Assembly (NCBI GenBank): GCA_045837725.1
Contig: JBEWZL010000043.1
Coordinates: forward strand, 62,001-126,000
Length of the DNA stretch: 64,000 bases
Source: Vermamoeba vermiformis
Taxonomy: Eukaryota
Direction of reading: 5' to 3'
Part shown: positions 1 through 11,621 of the stretch, piece after piece
How the letters are laid out: each line of letters begins with the position of its first letter
Numbering within the stretch: the first letter of the stretch is position 1
Position numbers and translations under genes: made by a program
The notes under the pieces: generated by a model
Seen by the model: only the letters and a program-made list of their open reading frames with translations
The model's database searches: none
What the model was told of the DNA's origin: nothing

Positions 1-629
1 CCGAAGATGACGTTGTTCTGAGCAAACAAGTTCGAGGCAACATTATCAGACCGGGCGGTGTTTACGGATTTGACGGCGCGCCTGTTGGAAATCTCCCAAG
101 AATCTTCGCGAAGTTGTTTTTGATTGGCGAGAAAGATGATTTGGAGTACTACGGCAAAACGGACAAGTACTTCAGTATCGTGCATGTCAAGGACTTGGCA
201 GCTGCTTACGTCTTGCTAGTCGATAGCGGTGCTCATGGAAAGGTACGCAAAATACTCACAAAAGCGTTGTTATAATAGATTATTAATATCATATAGATTT
301 ACGACCTTGCAGCGGAGGCTATTAACTACGAACAACTCCAACTTGCCGCATGCAAGGCCGCTGGCTGGAAAGGCACCGTCAAGCACATCGCTACGAATGA
401 CATTCCGCCTGAGAAGTTTTTGTAAGTCAACACTAAGTGGAGAATATACAAGTATTAATACGTTCTCAGCGAGAGATTGAGGGCGGATGTGTCAATACGA
501 ACCGTTGGATCTAAGGCGCGCAAAGAGCTTGGCTGGAATCCGAAGAGAGTTGGATTCTTGCACGAAGTCGACATCTATTACAGAGCTTGCAAAGCGCAAC
601 GAGAGGCATCTCAATCTGCCAAGATTTAA
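1..629 (+). CDS. NAD-dependent epimerase/dehydratase (extended SDR), 5' end outside window; paralog of 1469-2749
   Basis: Spliced translation IIRPGGVYGFDG...SIVHVKDLAAAYVLLV...KARKELGWNPKR. Introns 243-296 and 422-469; TAA at 627-629. Confidence 0.85.
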
Positions 630-1468
630 GGTTTCTGTTTCTGTTTATCGACGTCTAATCGAGGTACCTGCAATAAAAAAACGCGTTGTTGACATCGTTG
701 GTGATTGCGTAACTTTGATCAATGTTGTTCTGCTGTTCTTCTCCTTTGAATGCTCGGCCATTTTGTATCTCAAGTCAGCCGTAAGTTGTCAAACCGTAGT
801 ATTTTTCTCCAATAGCAAAACAGACCAACAGCTGTCTAGTAAAGGCAACATAATGCGTCCGTTATCCTATCTAAATCCGATGTCACACGGGCTGACTTCT
901 CAGATCATCTGGATAGTGAAGTTTTCTGGTAAGAGTGAATAATAATTACCGGTATTACAGGTAATAATTATTACTTATTTAATTGGTACTCGGGCCCTAA
1001 TTATCGCTCTAAATTAATTATTAATTAAGTATCAAATACTGAATTCAGTCTCAATTTAATTTCAAATAATATTAGCTTGGGGACCTTAGTTATTCTAATA
1101 TATCGAGTAATATTTTGTCTATTTAATATAAATTATTTATAAATAATTATCCGAGACAATTGTCTCGAGTAGGTTAGTTTTTTCTAAAGATGCACTGCAT
1201 CTGCTTCTTCGGTTGTGCCTGGGAAAGCGACTACGAAGGCACATTGCCATTTATCTTTTTTTAGCCACGGCGAAACGAGGCTTCTACCAGGTTCGTTTCG
1301 CCATTTGCCGCCAAACGAGCCTTCGAGAAGAACGCCGATAGTTTCCTTTTATGGATTTTTTCCGTGGCTCCGTAGTCCATAAAATGCACTGATTTGGCAT
1401 TCCAAATATTCAAATCAAAAGGAAGAACAACACAGAAGTTAAATTAACTTTAAATTCAGCAATTGATC

Positions 1469-2749
1469 ATGGCTACAGTAATTGTTTTTGGTGCATCCGG
1501 CTATGTTGGCCGTCACGTCGCTTACGCTCTTAGAGATGGTACGCTATAATTATGATCATCGAAAATATAGCATAGTTTTGGAGCTTGCACCCGAAAATGT
1601 CAAGCAAACAATTGCTACATCCAAATTTTAATTTCCTACTAATTCTTATATTTATTTTAGCTGGCTATTGTGTCTACGGTGTTATTAGAAAGCCTGAGGC
1701 AGCTGACATATTACTCCGAAATGAAGTTTTGCCAATCGTTCTTGTGTAAGTCAAATTCAAATTTCTGAAATTGACTCAATGATATTCTAACCAAATATTA
1801 TGCAGTGACATTAAGAGTCCGAGTGACGAATTTAAGAAAATCGTTAGCGAGGCTATTTCTGTCGTCGACACTGCCGGTGTCAATGGCGATCTGATCAATT
1901 ACCTGATCGAAGCCAACAAGAACGAAAAGAACCGTAATTATCAACCCCAATACATCGGAACATCAGGCGGATCAACTCACGGAGATTCTCCGGCGCTTGT
2001 CTCCGAAAGATCCCGTCCTAACATTCCCGCCAATCACCCGATCCCACACGTCGCTGAACGAGCTCGTCTTGAGGACGTTGTGATGAATAGCGAGCATATT
2101 CGAGGAAATATTATTCGTCCTGGTGTTGCTTATGGATTGGACGGTGACAACGAAGGAAAAATGCCGCGTCATTTGGCACGATTTTTCACCGCTGGAGAAC
2201 AATCAGAGCTCGTTATTTATGGCAAGCGTGATAAACAGATGAGTTGGGTCCACGTTAAGGATCTAGCGGCAGCATATGTATTGTTAGTAGAGAGTGGCTT
2301 GCACGGCAAAGTAAGTCTAATCCTGATCCGAACAAAAATCGTTTTATTACTAACAATTAATCTGTATAGCTTTACGATGTCGCTGCCGAGATCTATTATC
2401 ACGAGCAACTAAGCATTGCTGCAGCTAAAGCCGCTGGATGGACTGGCACCGTTAAATACGTCGAGTCCAAGGACATCCCGCAAGAAAAATTCATGTAAGC
2501 ACTACTCAAATGGAATTTCGAATTTAGCAAACCAATTTACTTAAAAAATATTTAGTAGTTATAATTTAATTATTATGGACTAATCTGTTGATTTACAGGG
2601 AAAAGGTTTTCGATATTACCATTCGTTACCTTGGCGACAAAGCACGCAGAGAATTAGGATGGAAACCGAAACGAATTGGCTTGTTGCACGAGCTCGATTT
2701 GTATTATCGTGCTTTTAAGGCTCAACAAGCTGCGTCTTTGAAGCAGTAA
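1469..2749 (+). CDS. NAD-dependent epimerase/dehydratase (extended SDR), tandem duplicate
   Basis: Starts MATVIVFGASGYVG (Rossmann GxxGxxG), then IIRPGVAYG, WVHVKDLAAAY and KARRELGWKP. Four GT-AG introns, the last two at the same positions as in the upstream paralog. Confidence 0.9.
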
Positions 2750-3135
2750 GTGTAACATAACAAAGTGGATTTACCTTCCATACAAATAAATTGTAGATTG
2801 TTTAAACATATATAGGCCTGATGTGCTGCTGTATGATATTTCATTGCGAGTATTACTATAATTTTTCTAACGGTTGTAAATTACCCGGGGTCTCTCCAAA
2901 AATTTGGCGAGGCAAGGGTTTGTACCGGATTTTTACTTCATCTCTCTTTCTAATTTTCGCATTCGATAGTATATATTCACATGTTACGAGTAAAAGTTTG
3001 TACCGCGACTAAAATTACCGAAATAATTACCACTTGGAGTTAGAAAGTGGTTATTACCTTGTGGGTGAAAGTTTTTCTGGCTGGATTATAATTTAATTAA
3101 TTTTTTTCCTCTCCCTCTCTTTGTTTGGGAAAATA

Positions 3136-3203
3136 TTTTTTTTTTTATTTTTAAAAGCGCGGGTTTTTTTTTTTTTATTTTTTTTTATTTTTTTTTTTTA
3201 TTT
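3136..3203. repeat. poly-T low-complexity tract
   Basis: Runs of T interrupted by A in the intergenic region upstream of the rhomboid gene. Confidence 0.8.
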
Positions 3204-3419
3204 CCTAACTCTTTTCATTAGGACTCACTAATGATTATTTATGTAAATAAAAATCGTATTTGAAACTGGGCAATGTATTCGTGATTAAAAGTACTTTAAT
3301 ATGAACATGGAGTATATAAGTAGCCGGAACTTCATCAATTTCATGATGCGAATCGTTATTAAATAATTAGGCGAAGATGCGCAAGAACACAAAACGTTAG
3401 ATTTATTTGTTTGATAATT

Positions 3420-5186
3420 ATGAATAACAATATTAATACGGAGGCAAGCGCATCAACGCGCTTTAAAGTTTGGTTCACGAGCATTCCATTCATGACCAGA
3501 TGTCTGCTCGTGCTTATGGTTACGTTGTTTATTGCTGGCTATGTGATTAATATATCCCACTATGATTATTGTACATTACCAAGAGTGATTATTGATCATC
3601 CATTGCAATGTAAGTCTTCCAAATCCGATAATTAATTTTTGAAAAATCCAAAATGAAATCTATGCTTTAATATAGACTTGCTTTGCCATAATACAAACAC
3701 AAAGCACATAGTATAATTTTTGAAATGGTATTTTATTAATTTTTGCTTGCAGTTTATCGACTTCTGACGTCGACATTTTTACATGGCGGTGTGTTGCATA
3801 TTTTAATGAATTCAATGGCATTTTTGGTACGTAAATATACTATGCAGCATACTATTTAAATACCCTCAGTCTACTCTATCTCACAATTTCATTAATTAAA
3901 TTTTCTTTTCGGATCCGATCTCCATCTACTCTAATTTTTCTAAATTGCTGGTTTTCTTAACGAACTTAATAAAAACAAAACTTATTTTACTATTGTAGGC
4001 CGTTGGACCATGGTGGGAACGAACAGTCGGCAGCTTATTGTTTCTGTACCAGACCTGCGTGTTATTTCCGCTCGGCGCTGGTCTCATTCACCTTTTGCTC
4101 GCGTTAATTGCCTCGTACAATCCAATTTATCCTTATTCGAATTGGACCAACTCGTGTGGCGTAGGATTTTCGGGTATGTCTCACACTTCGTACTAATGCT
4201 TAATAAGCGCAACTCTATGAAATTATATTTAATTATAAAATTCTTCGAATTTTTAGAAAGAATTTATTTTGCATTAATTTTGGCGGATCTGCTCAGTTTA
4301 GATCCAAACTCAAAACGTCGTCTTTGTGATGTCAATCATTGTAATAGTACTGTTATAATTTTACACTAATAATCGATGTATTTATAGGTGTTCTATTCAC
4401 GCTGATGATCTTACAAGTGCAACAGTCACGTGACGCAAACACGTCGTTGTACGGCCTGATCCAAGTCCCCACGAAGATCTATCCGTGGGCCTTATTGATA
4501 TTATTGCAAGTGATATTGCCTAATGTATCCTTATTGGGTCATTTGAGTGGCATGTTGATTGGTTATGCATGTAAGTCACCGGATCCAATTTTTTCAAACT
4601 GGATCTCCTACCCAAAAATATTCTTATTATACCAATATCACTTCGTTGGTATATACTAAAAGATTAATATATTAGTGTGACTAACATTTACTCTTTCGAA
4701 CAGATGCATTTGGATTGTTAAAGTGGGATCCGATGCCAGCGTTATTAAGCAAGATGGAGTCAGCAGGATTCATGCGATTTTTGACGCAGTTTAACGGATA
4801 TATTGTTGGCACTAACTACGGAATGCATAATAACGACTTACCCGTGTCATCTAGGTACGCACAGAAAATTTTAATGGATCTGCTGGATCTGCATTTGAAG
4901 CGATATTTTCTTAATTAATTAATACTATTATTATAGTGCTAATGAAGCAAATAGACCGGGTCTTTTTGAGCGCATTCAAAATTCGTTGAGGAATATGACG
5001 GGTGGAAATAATAATAACAGCGGATACAGAGTTTTCAATGGGACCGGACAAGTGCTAGGCTCAGCAAATAACAATGTAAATAATAATAATAATAACAATA
5101 GTAATGATAATGATACGGCGCTCGAAATGGTGGAAGATCCGCACAGAAAAGACACGACGATCGACTTGCAAAACGCAAAAGTGTAA
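3420..5186 (+). CDS. Rhomboid-family intramembrane serine protease (RHBDD1/RBL15-like)
   Basis: YRLLTSTFLHGGVLHILMN motif; catalytic GFSG spanning a splice junction; SLLGHLSG (catalytic His); multi-exon; poly-N C-terminal tail. Confidence 0.88.
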
Positions 5187-5739
5187 ATAAATGGCTTAGT
5201 GAAGGTACGTTATGAATAATATAATGATATTGTTATAAGGACAAGATATTAATAGAGATATTTTCGTTGGGTAAGATGTCAGAAAGGTGTCACCCGACAT
5301 CCATCGTAAAATTAGCCAACTTTTCCATTTGTCCCATAAATTCTGTTTTCTGCTTTTGAATGGTTCTATATCACTCGCAAAATATTATACGCAATATTGA
5401 AAAGGGTGCTAAAGTAATCGTGCTTCATCGCAAATAGTAGCTGTCAAATATTCTTCGGAGGATCAGATGCGATTCTGTGATGAAGCAATCACGATGCTCT
5501 AATATGACCGTGTGGGCCTGTTCTTACCGATTGAACAGTGCGGCGAAAGCTCAGCTGTTTAGAGGAAAGAAAATACTTCGATAAGTAGTAACGCGGAGAC
5601 AGAAGACTCCCTCGTTATCTCGAACCAATATACTTCGTACATTTCAACCAGCGAGAAGAAATTCTCGTGAATTGAATGCTTCAGCGGCATGATACGCAAT
5701 CACCCTTTTGCTCTTTTTTCGATCCATGCAATAATTTTT

Positions 5740-5920
5740 AAATTTAATTCGTCTAGATTAAGCTTTAGTCGAGCCACGTAGTTTCGGTTATTGTCTGCTG
5801 CTCGTTTGCATACTTCAATAACAACCATCTGGCATATTGAAGGTTATTACGAGATATCTCGTTGCAATTACCCGATTCCCGATTGGATTCGCAACCGTGG
5901 CGGTGAACTCTATTGTAACC
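5740..5920 (+). pseudogene. Decayed remnant of the LRR C-terminal cap of a paralog of the 6116-8471 gene
   Basis: HTSITTIWHIEGYYEISRCNYPIPDWIRNRGG aligns with HTSLTTIGNIEGEFQIEVCDF...CPIPKWIRNCGA at 8343-8460. Upstream NLIRLD* corresponds to QLIRLKE. Confidence 0.7.
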
Positions 5921-6115
5921 TTTTGTATACTTCTGTATTGTATGTTAGACACCTTCATGTATGTTTTTGTACTTTCCTTCGATAAGAAAGATTATTCGTG
6001 CGAGTTTCAATTTTGGATCCAAAACTTAACTTTGATAAATTGAGGTTGGAATTGGCCAGTATTGCTTTATCGAGGCAAGCAAATGGTACTATAACAACGA
6101 TTAATAGAATCAAAA

Positions 6116-8471
6116 ATGCTGTCAGCTTGAAAATTTAAAGTCTCTTAACTTGACATTTGATTCACATAACGGAACTCTGTCCGGTAATGTAATCTTTGAG
6201 TAAAAAATCTTTTCGAAATCAAAATGTATCTTGCAGACAACAGTACTGCAGAAGATTCACGTTCGGAATCTGTTCAAGATCTTCATTCCTTTACGAGGCG
6301 AGAACAATTTCAACGTCATTCTCAATACCACACCAGTGTTTGGCGTTGTAATATACGACAAAAAGGATGCGAATATATCTTATGAATATCAGCTGCATAT
6401 GCTTCTTCAAGAACGCAATTACACGCAAGGAATCGAAACTGAATCTGAAGCGGTTGGATGCTTCAGTTGGGCCAAAAGAAATGCAGTATTATTTCAAACA
6501 GAACAAAATACAAATAATATTGAAGGAATAATGCTCCGAGTGAAGGTTAATCACGGGATCTTTGATTTCAGAAAGACGAGTCGGCAGTTGATCAGAATTG
6601 TTGTGGACTTGCACGTTGCAAACCAATACATTCATCAAGGCACGAGCACTTTATGCAAATTATTGCCGAAAAAGCGAAAAGCAGATAAAAGCAGCGAAAA
6701 TATCGAAGGTTTGTTTTAATTAACGAAAATACTTTAAAGTTAAATCAAATTGCGGAAGCTAAATTATTTTGATTCATATATAATATTGAAATAATATTAT
6801 TTTTAATTAATTTTCTCTGCAGCTGAAGTTGCGATCGCGTGGCCCACGGATGCAACTCCGGAAAGCGAGCAGCACTATCCTGCGATCGATCAATCAGCTA
6901 TTAACATAAGCTCACATTCTGACTCGGCTATTGGAGTCTACGAAAGCCCTGAAATTAGTCCGATCCGCATGCCAAATCTGTTCGCACAACCTTCCTCGTC
7001 CTCGATGCTTGTTCAAGAAGTAGAACTTTCCAATATTTTTATTCAGCCGTAAGTATTATAGTACGGTATTTTTAGAGGCATAATATCTTATTGTATGAAA
7101 TTCAGAGCGAATGAGAAAAATAGCGACTGGATGGAGCTGTACAACGGCAATGCGGAAGTCGTGGGCAACTTCAGAGCACTCAATTTCTATAAGACATCAG
7201 ATATCAATATCAAAGAGGACATTCGACTGCTCATGGAAGGTTTGTTTTATCTTTTTAACGACTTTTAGACCCGCGTCTTTTTGACACTTTGGTTTGACAC
7301 GCGCGCACTTGCTCGCGTTAATTTTACCGTCATAAGAGAGCTAACGCGTAGTACTATTAGATCATGACCCTCGTGGGGTGATACTGAAGATCGATGGCGT
7401 TGAGTATAAGTTCAAAGACCATGTTCAGCACTCAACAAACAAACGATTCGTAGGCTACATTGCACAACAAATCGAAAGTGTTGTTCCTGAAGCAGTTCAA
7501 TTGATCGATGGCATACTTCACGTGGACTATGAATCGTTAATACCGTATCTCAGTGAATCGATCAAACAGAATTTCAAGGACATTCGAGGCCTCAAATCTG
7601 ACGCGCAGAAGCTCGAAGCACTCTTGAATAATCTTTACGAACAGTTCACTAAAGGCGAAAGTAATGCAAAGTCAAAATCAAAGTCAAGTACAAAGTCACG
7701 TGTCAACTCAACAAACACTTTGACAGGATTGGTCAAAACTAAGTGGCAGTGGTTCGCAGGATTATTGTTAATAGCGGTGATCGGCATCACTATCATACTT
7801 GGTATTAGCTTAGTATCAAAGGTTAGAGAACAGCCGGACAAAACTAAACCGGATCCAGATCCACCCCGATTACGAACGGCCAGACGGCTACGGCGAAACA
7901 GACGCAAGAACTGCTTTAAAAATCTTCTATGAAACAATGAACGGAGAATACTGGAAGATTAAAACGAACTGGATGAGCAATCTTTCAGTGTGCGAATGGT
8001 ACGGTGTCAAGTGCGAAGGACCATTTGCAGAGGAGCGTGTCACAGAAGTTCGTCTTTCGAATAACAATTTGACTGGCGGATTAAACGGACAAGAGTTAAT
8101 GTACAAAGTCGCAACGTTGAAACTTTTAGATTTCAGCAAAAACAACATTCAGTTCCACGTGTCAAAACTGTCACAGTTCATCACGCACTTGAATTTGTCG
8201 GAGAATAAGATAACAGCTGATATCAAAGTTTTCAATCAATTGACGTACATTCAGTCACTCAATTTGGCGTACAATTACTATTTTCGGAGAATTTTCACTT
8301 TCAACGAGCCAATTAATCCGATTGAAAGAGCTCAATGTCTCGCACACTTCTTTAACAACTATTGGGAACATTGAAGGCGAGTTCCAGATTGAAGTTTGTG
8401 ATTTCAATAGAACTTTGTTTATCTGTCCAATTCCGAAATGGATCCGAAATTGCGGTGCAACATGTTTTTAA
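6116..8471 (+). CDS. MYRF-like membrane protein: beta-rich N-domain + KKRK, peptidase S74 (ICA) domain, coiled coil, TM helix, LRR ectodomain
   Basis: Introns 6184-6236, 6709-6822, 7049-7105, 7240-7360. Motifs GNFRALNFYKTSDINIKEDI and GYIAQQIESVVPEAV...VDYESLIPYLSESIKQ (S74); TM at about 7744-7815; ALKIFYETMNGEYW..NW...VCEWYGVKC (LRR N-cap) followed by LxLSxN repeats. Needs four single-base deletions (about 6127, 6157, 7865, 8276) to read through. Confidence 0.78.
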
Positions 8472-8812
8472 ATTGTAAAACTTTGTGTATTATTAGCCTG
8501 ACTTAAACTTAATTTGTTTTTAACGCGATACTGTTCAAACTTGAACTGTATTTCATGTTTAAAATGTCGGATCCGTTGAAGTTTGGGACTTAGTAACTCT
8601 CCATATTCTGCCAAATTTCGTAAATGCTTTGCTACCGGGTGTTTTAGAGCACCACCTCGGGTACTAGTTACAAAAGACAATTGTCCATGCCGAACCAAAT
8701 CTCAGTTGCTCCAATCGTGAAAGAGGTTGAGAAAATTAAACTTTATACCCTTTGTATTGCCGACGGGCTCATTCTTGTTTACTTTAAAAATTTACAAATA
8801 AATAACCTGTGC

Positions 8813-11134
8813 TTAAAGTCTGGTACCAGCTGACTCTGTAGACATGCGTTGCATCGGCACATCGTTCGCGGTCTCGATGTCAACCGGATCTGGATGTGGG
8901 ATCGCAGTGTACTCGTTGTCCGAGTCATCTGAATCGTCGTTATTATCATCGACTGCACGATTATTATCATCGCCATCAAGGTCGACCATATCTTCATCGT
9001 TAGGAGTCATATTGATCACCGCATCCATCTTGTCAGCGACGCGTTTAATGTCATCGACCCATTCTTGCGCTTCCTCTCGTTCCATTTGAAAATAAAATTT
9101 TCTGTTTTTCTTTTTCTTATCTGAGCGATCAATTTCTATCACGAGGACTGATTGGCCAGCTTCCAATTTTGAGAACTTTTTCGTCTCACCAGCATCGACT
9201 TTCCAAACTCCGACCACTACAAAATTACATATTAGTATCATATTTATTAAAACATAGTATTATGACGATGAAATGACTAGATCCGGTGAGATCCAGATCC
9301 GTGAAAAAATTGAAAATATCTTCGACGACTTACTCTTTCTAAAATCGATAAATCCACGGACGTTGATGTTAATAGCGAGTTCAGGGTTATCAGAGTCCCA
9401 AGGATTCTGCTTGTAATAAACAATGCCTGGCGGATTGTTCAACAAGAACACGAATCTCTTGTGCCACGACTTGAACATGTCTTTGTTTCGCTTGAACACC
9501 CACGCTTGTTTCAAAATATTGCGCTTCTTTTCTTCGAGATCGGCGTCTGAAAACTCGGCAATGTGGATGTAAGTCTGGGCCATGCGACCAATCGACGTGG
9601 CGTCTTTAAGAACGTCACGGACGTCCATGACAGCACCGAGATTTTGGAAGAAATTTCGTTTAGTGACCGTTTGAATGGACTGGAAGGCTGGTTGTGCGTC
9701 CTTGGCGCGGAAATAGTGATAACCGAACGAGAACCAAAACGCGATGGCAATGCCAAGCATTTCAATGCAGATTAAAAACGCTTGTAAGTGATTGGACTAG
9801 AATAATTGATATCATTAGTATTGTACGACAATCGAAACAAATTTCAGTAATTTTTTGTGACACGTGTCAATTTTTTTGGGGAAGATCCGTGGTGTGACCC
9901 ACAAATTCCGCAAATGCCGATTTCAAGCTATATTAATACGTACCCAAATAGATTGCTCGGGGATCCATCCAAGGTGAACTCCAATTGAAATAGCAATGCC
10001 TTGCCAGAACGAAAAGAAAATGACGGACTTGATGACCAAGAACTTTGCGAGGGGCTTGTAGTCTTTGAGATCTTCAGCGAGGACCTCGTAGAACATCACG
10101 AGGTAGTAGAGGGCAAGCGTGAATGAAATATTGTCTATATATGGTAAGTGAGTTATTACGAAGGTTTAGCCATTGGTCGAAAAGTACGCACCAACAATGA
10201 GCAACCATAAGTAGCCCTTATCAACGGAGAAATCTCCTTCGCCGTATAAGCCGAAAAACTCCAATATGACAGCCGCGGCAGCTATTAAATGCAAAAATAA
10301 CGTTAATTAAGAGTTCCAAAAAAGGAGGAATGTAATTCCGATCTGGTCTCAAGATCTCACTAGATCCGTAACAATAAGCGAAAAATCACTATAATTTAGG
10401 TTACTTACATGTAGCAGGACGAAGGATCATAAACTGCACTAAAGCCTGTTTAGTTCTGTGCAAAAATTTGCCTCCGGGACTGAAGGTCAAACAGCACATT
10501 GGGATCGGATGGTGAGCCAGTGGTTTGTTGTGCAAAATTAATCGTAAGTGCGTCTCGCCGTGCAGGAAATCTACGAGCAATTTAAAGAAACAGTAGATCA
10601 CATAGGCCTCGTAAGCATCGCGAACAAGATCGACTATCAGAGCCCTATAAAATTGAAACTTAATTAGAAATTATCTTAAATCGAAGTATATGATTGTTAG
10701 TAGATATTATCGTAATAATTAGCGCTATATCGTAATAATAATATTACGGTGTGATTTTGGTGTCGGATGCGGGGTCATACATACCAATGCTCGTTAAGAA
10801 TTAAAGTCAACCACGAATCAATGGCATAAATAGGAACGATGGCCATAATACGGATAATATTCCTATTTTTTGACGGTTAGATCGGGATTTTTGTGAAACA
10901 AAGTTTAACTTATTTTCGTATTTTTTTAATTTTAATTCAAATAAATATTAGATCTGGCACCTACCTTTGCAAAACGGGTTCATTAAAGTTCATAACATGC
11001 TGAATCATATTCCTTAGTGAAATAATCACTGCAGTCAACGAAAAAATTGCTGCAATAGCCAAGCCGGCTTCTTCTATAGTGATATTTCGCACTAAATCTG
11101 GTATATCTGGTATTTGTATCTCCGCTACGCCCAT
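8813..11134 (-). CDS. TMEM184/OST-alpha family transporter-like protein with C-terminal PH domain
   Basis: IIRIMAIVPIYAIDSW, RDAYEAYVIYCFFKLL, QFMILRP, KFLVIKSVIFFSFWQ. Tail has WVFKRNKDMFKSWHKRFVFL...YYK...GFID...EAQEWVDDIKRV (PH pattern). Confidence 0.88.
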
Positions 11135-11621
11135 TTTTCTAAAAAATTACAGAGTTAAAAACGGATCGAGAATCGAAAAGATTTTCGGAAACAAAGCACG
11201 CTAAAATAAGCGATCGAATCGTTCAAATAGAATTATTTATCGCTAAAATATTATATTTGAGTGATATTCTAATATTTTCTTTTATTCGGGAAAACGGAAG
11301 GCGGATCTCGGCCTACGGAAGTCTTTATTACTTACGTCGTCACCCTTTTGGGATTTATTTACAAAAAACGTGGTGTTGTTGACAAGGGCTTTGTTTTGAA
11401 ATAAAAATTAGTAGCCGGTGGTTTGTAACCGTTTTATTTGCCGGCGAAATCTACTAAAATTTTCTTCGCTATCCACCGTTCAGAACTGTTTTGAAAATAA
11501 AAATGCAAAGCCAACCTCAGCAATGCTGTAACATTATTCGAAAAACGTCCAGTGACTCTTTTTGTCAGATGCAGGTGACAATTTTTTCGTCAAGCGTTGT
11601 ATTTACTTAGGCAGCAAGCTT

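Noticed and set aside
229-942. ORF-track ORFs 229-480 and 487-942
   Set aside because: Off-frame readings over the spliced epimerase exons and the 3' region.
5068-5112. AAT/AAC trinucleotide runs (also about 16250 and 28045)
   Set aside because: Ordinary poly-Asn coding tracts, not arrays or mobile elements.
7190-7570. S74 domain as evidence of a prophage tail-fibre gene
   Set aside because: The gene has spliceosomal introns, a TM and LRRs, and no other phage genes are nearby.
7860-7870. Programmed frameshift switching LRR inclusion
   Set aside because: No slippery heptamer; the same one-base pattern occurs in many unrelated genes, so error is more likely.
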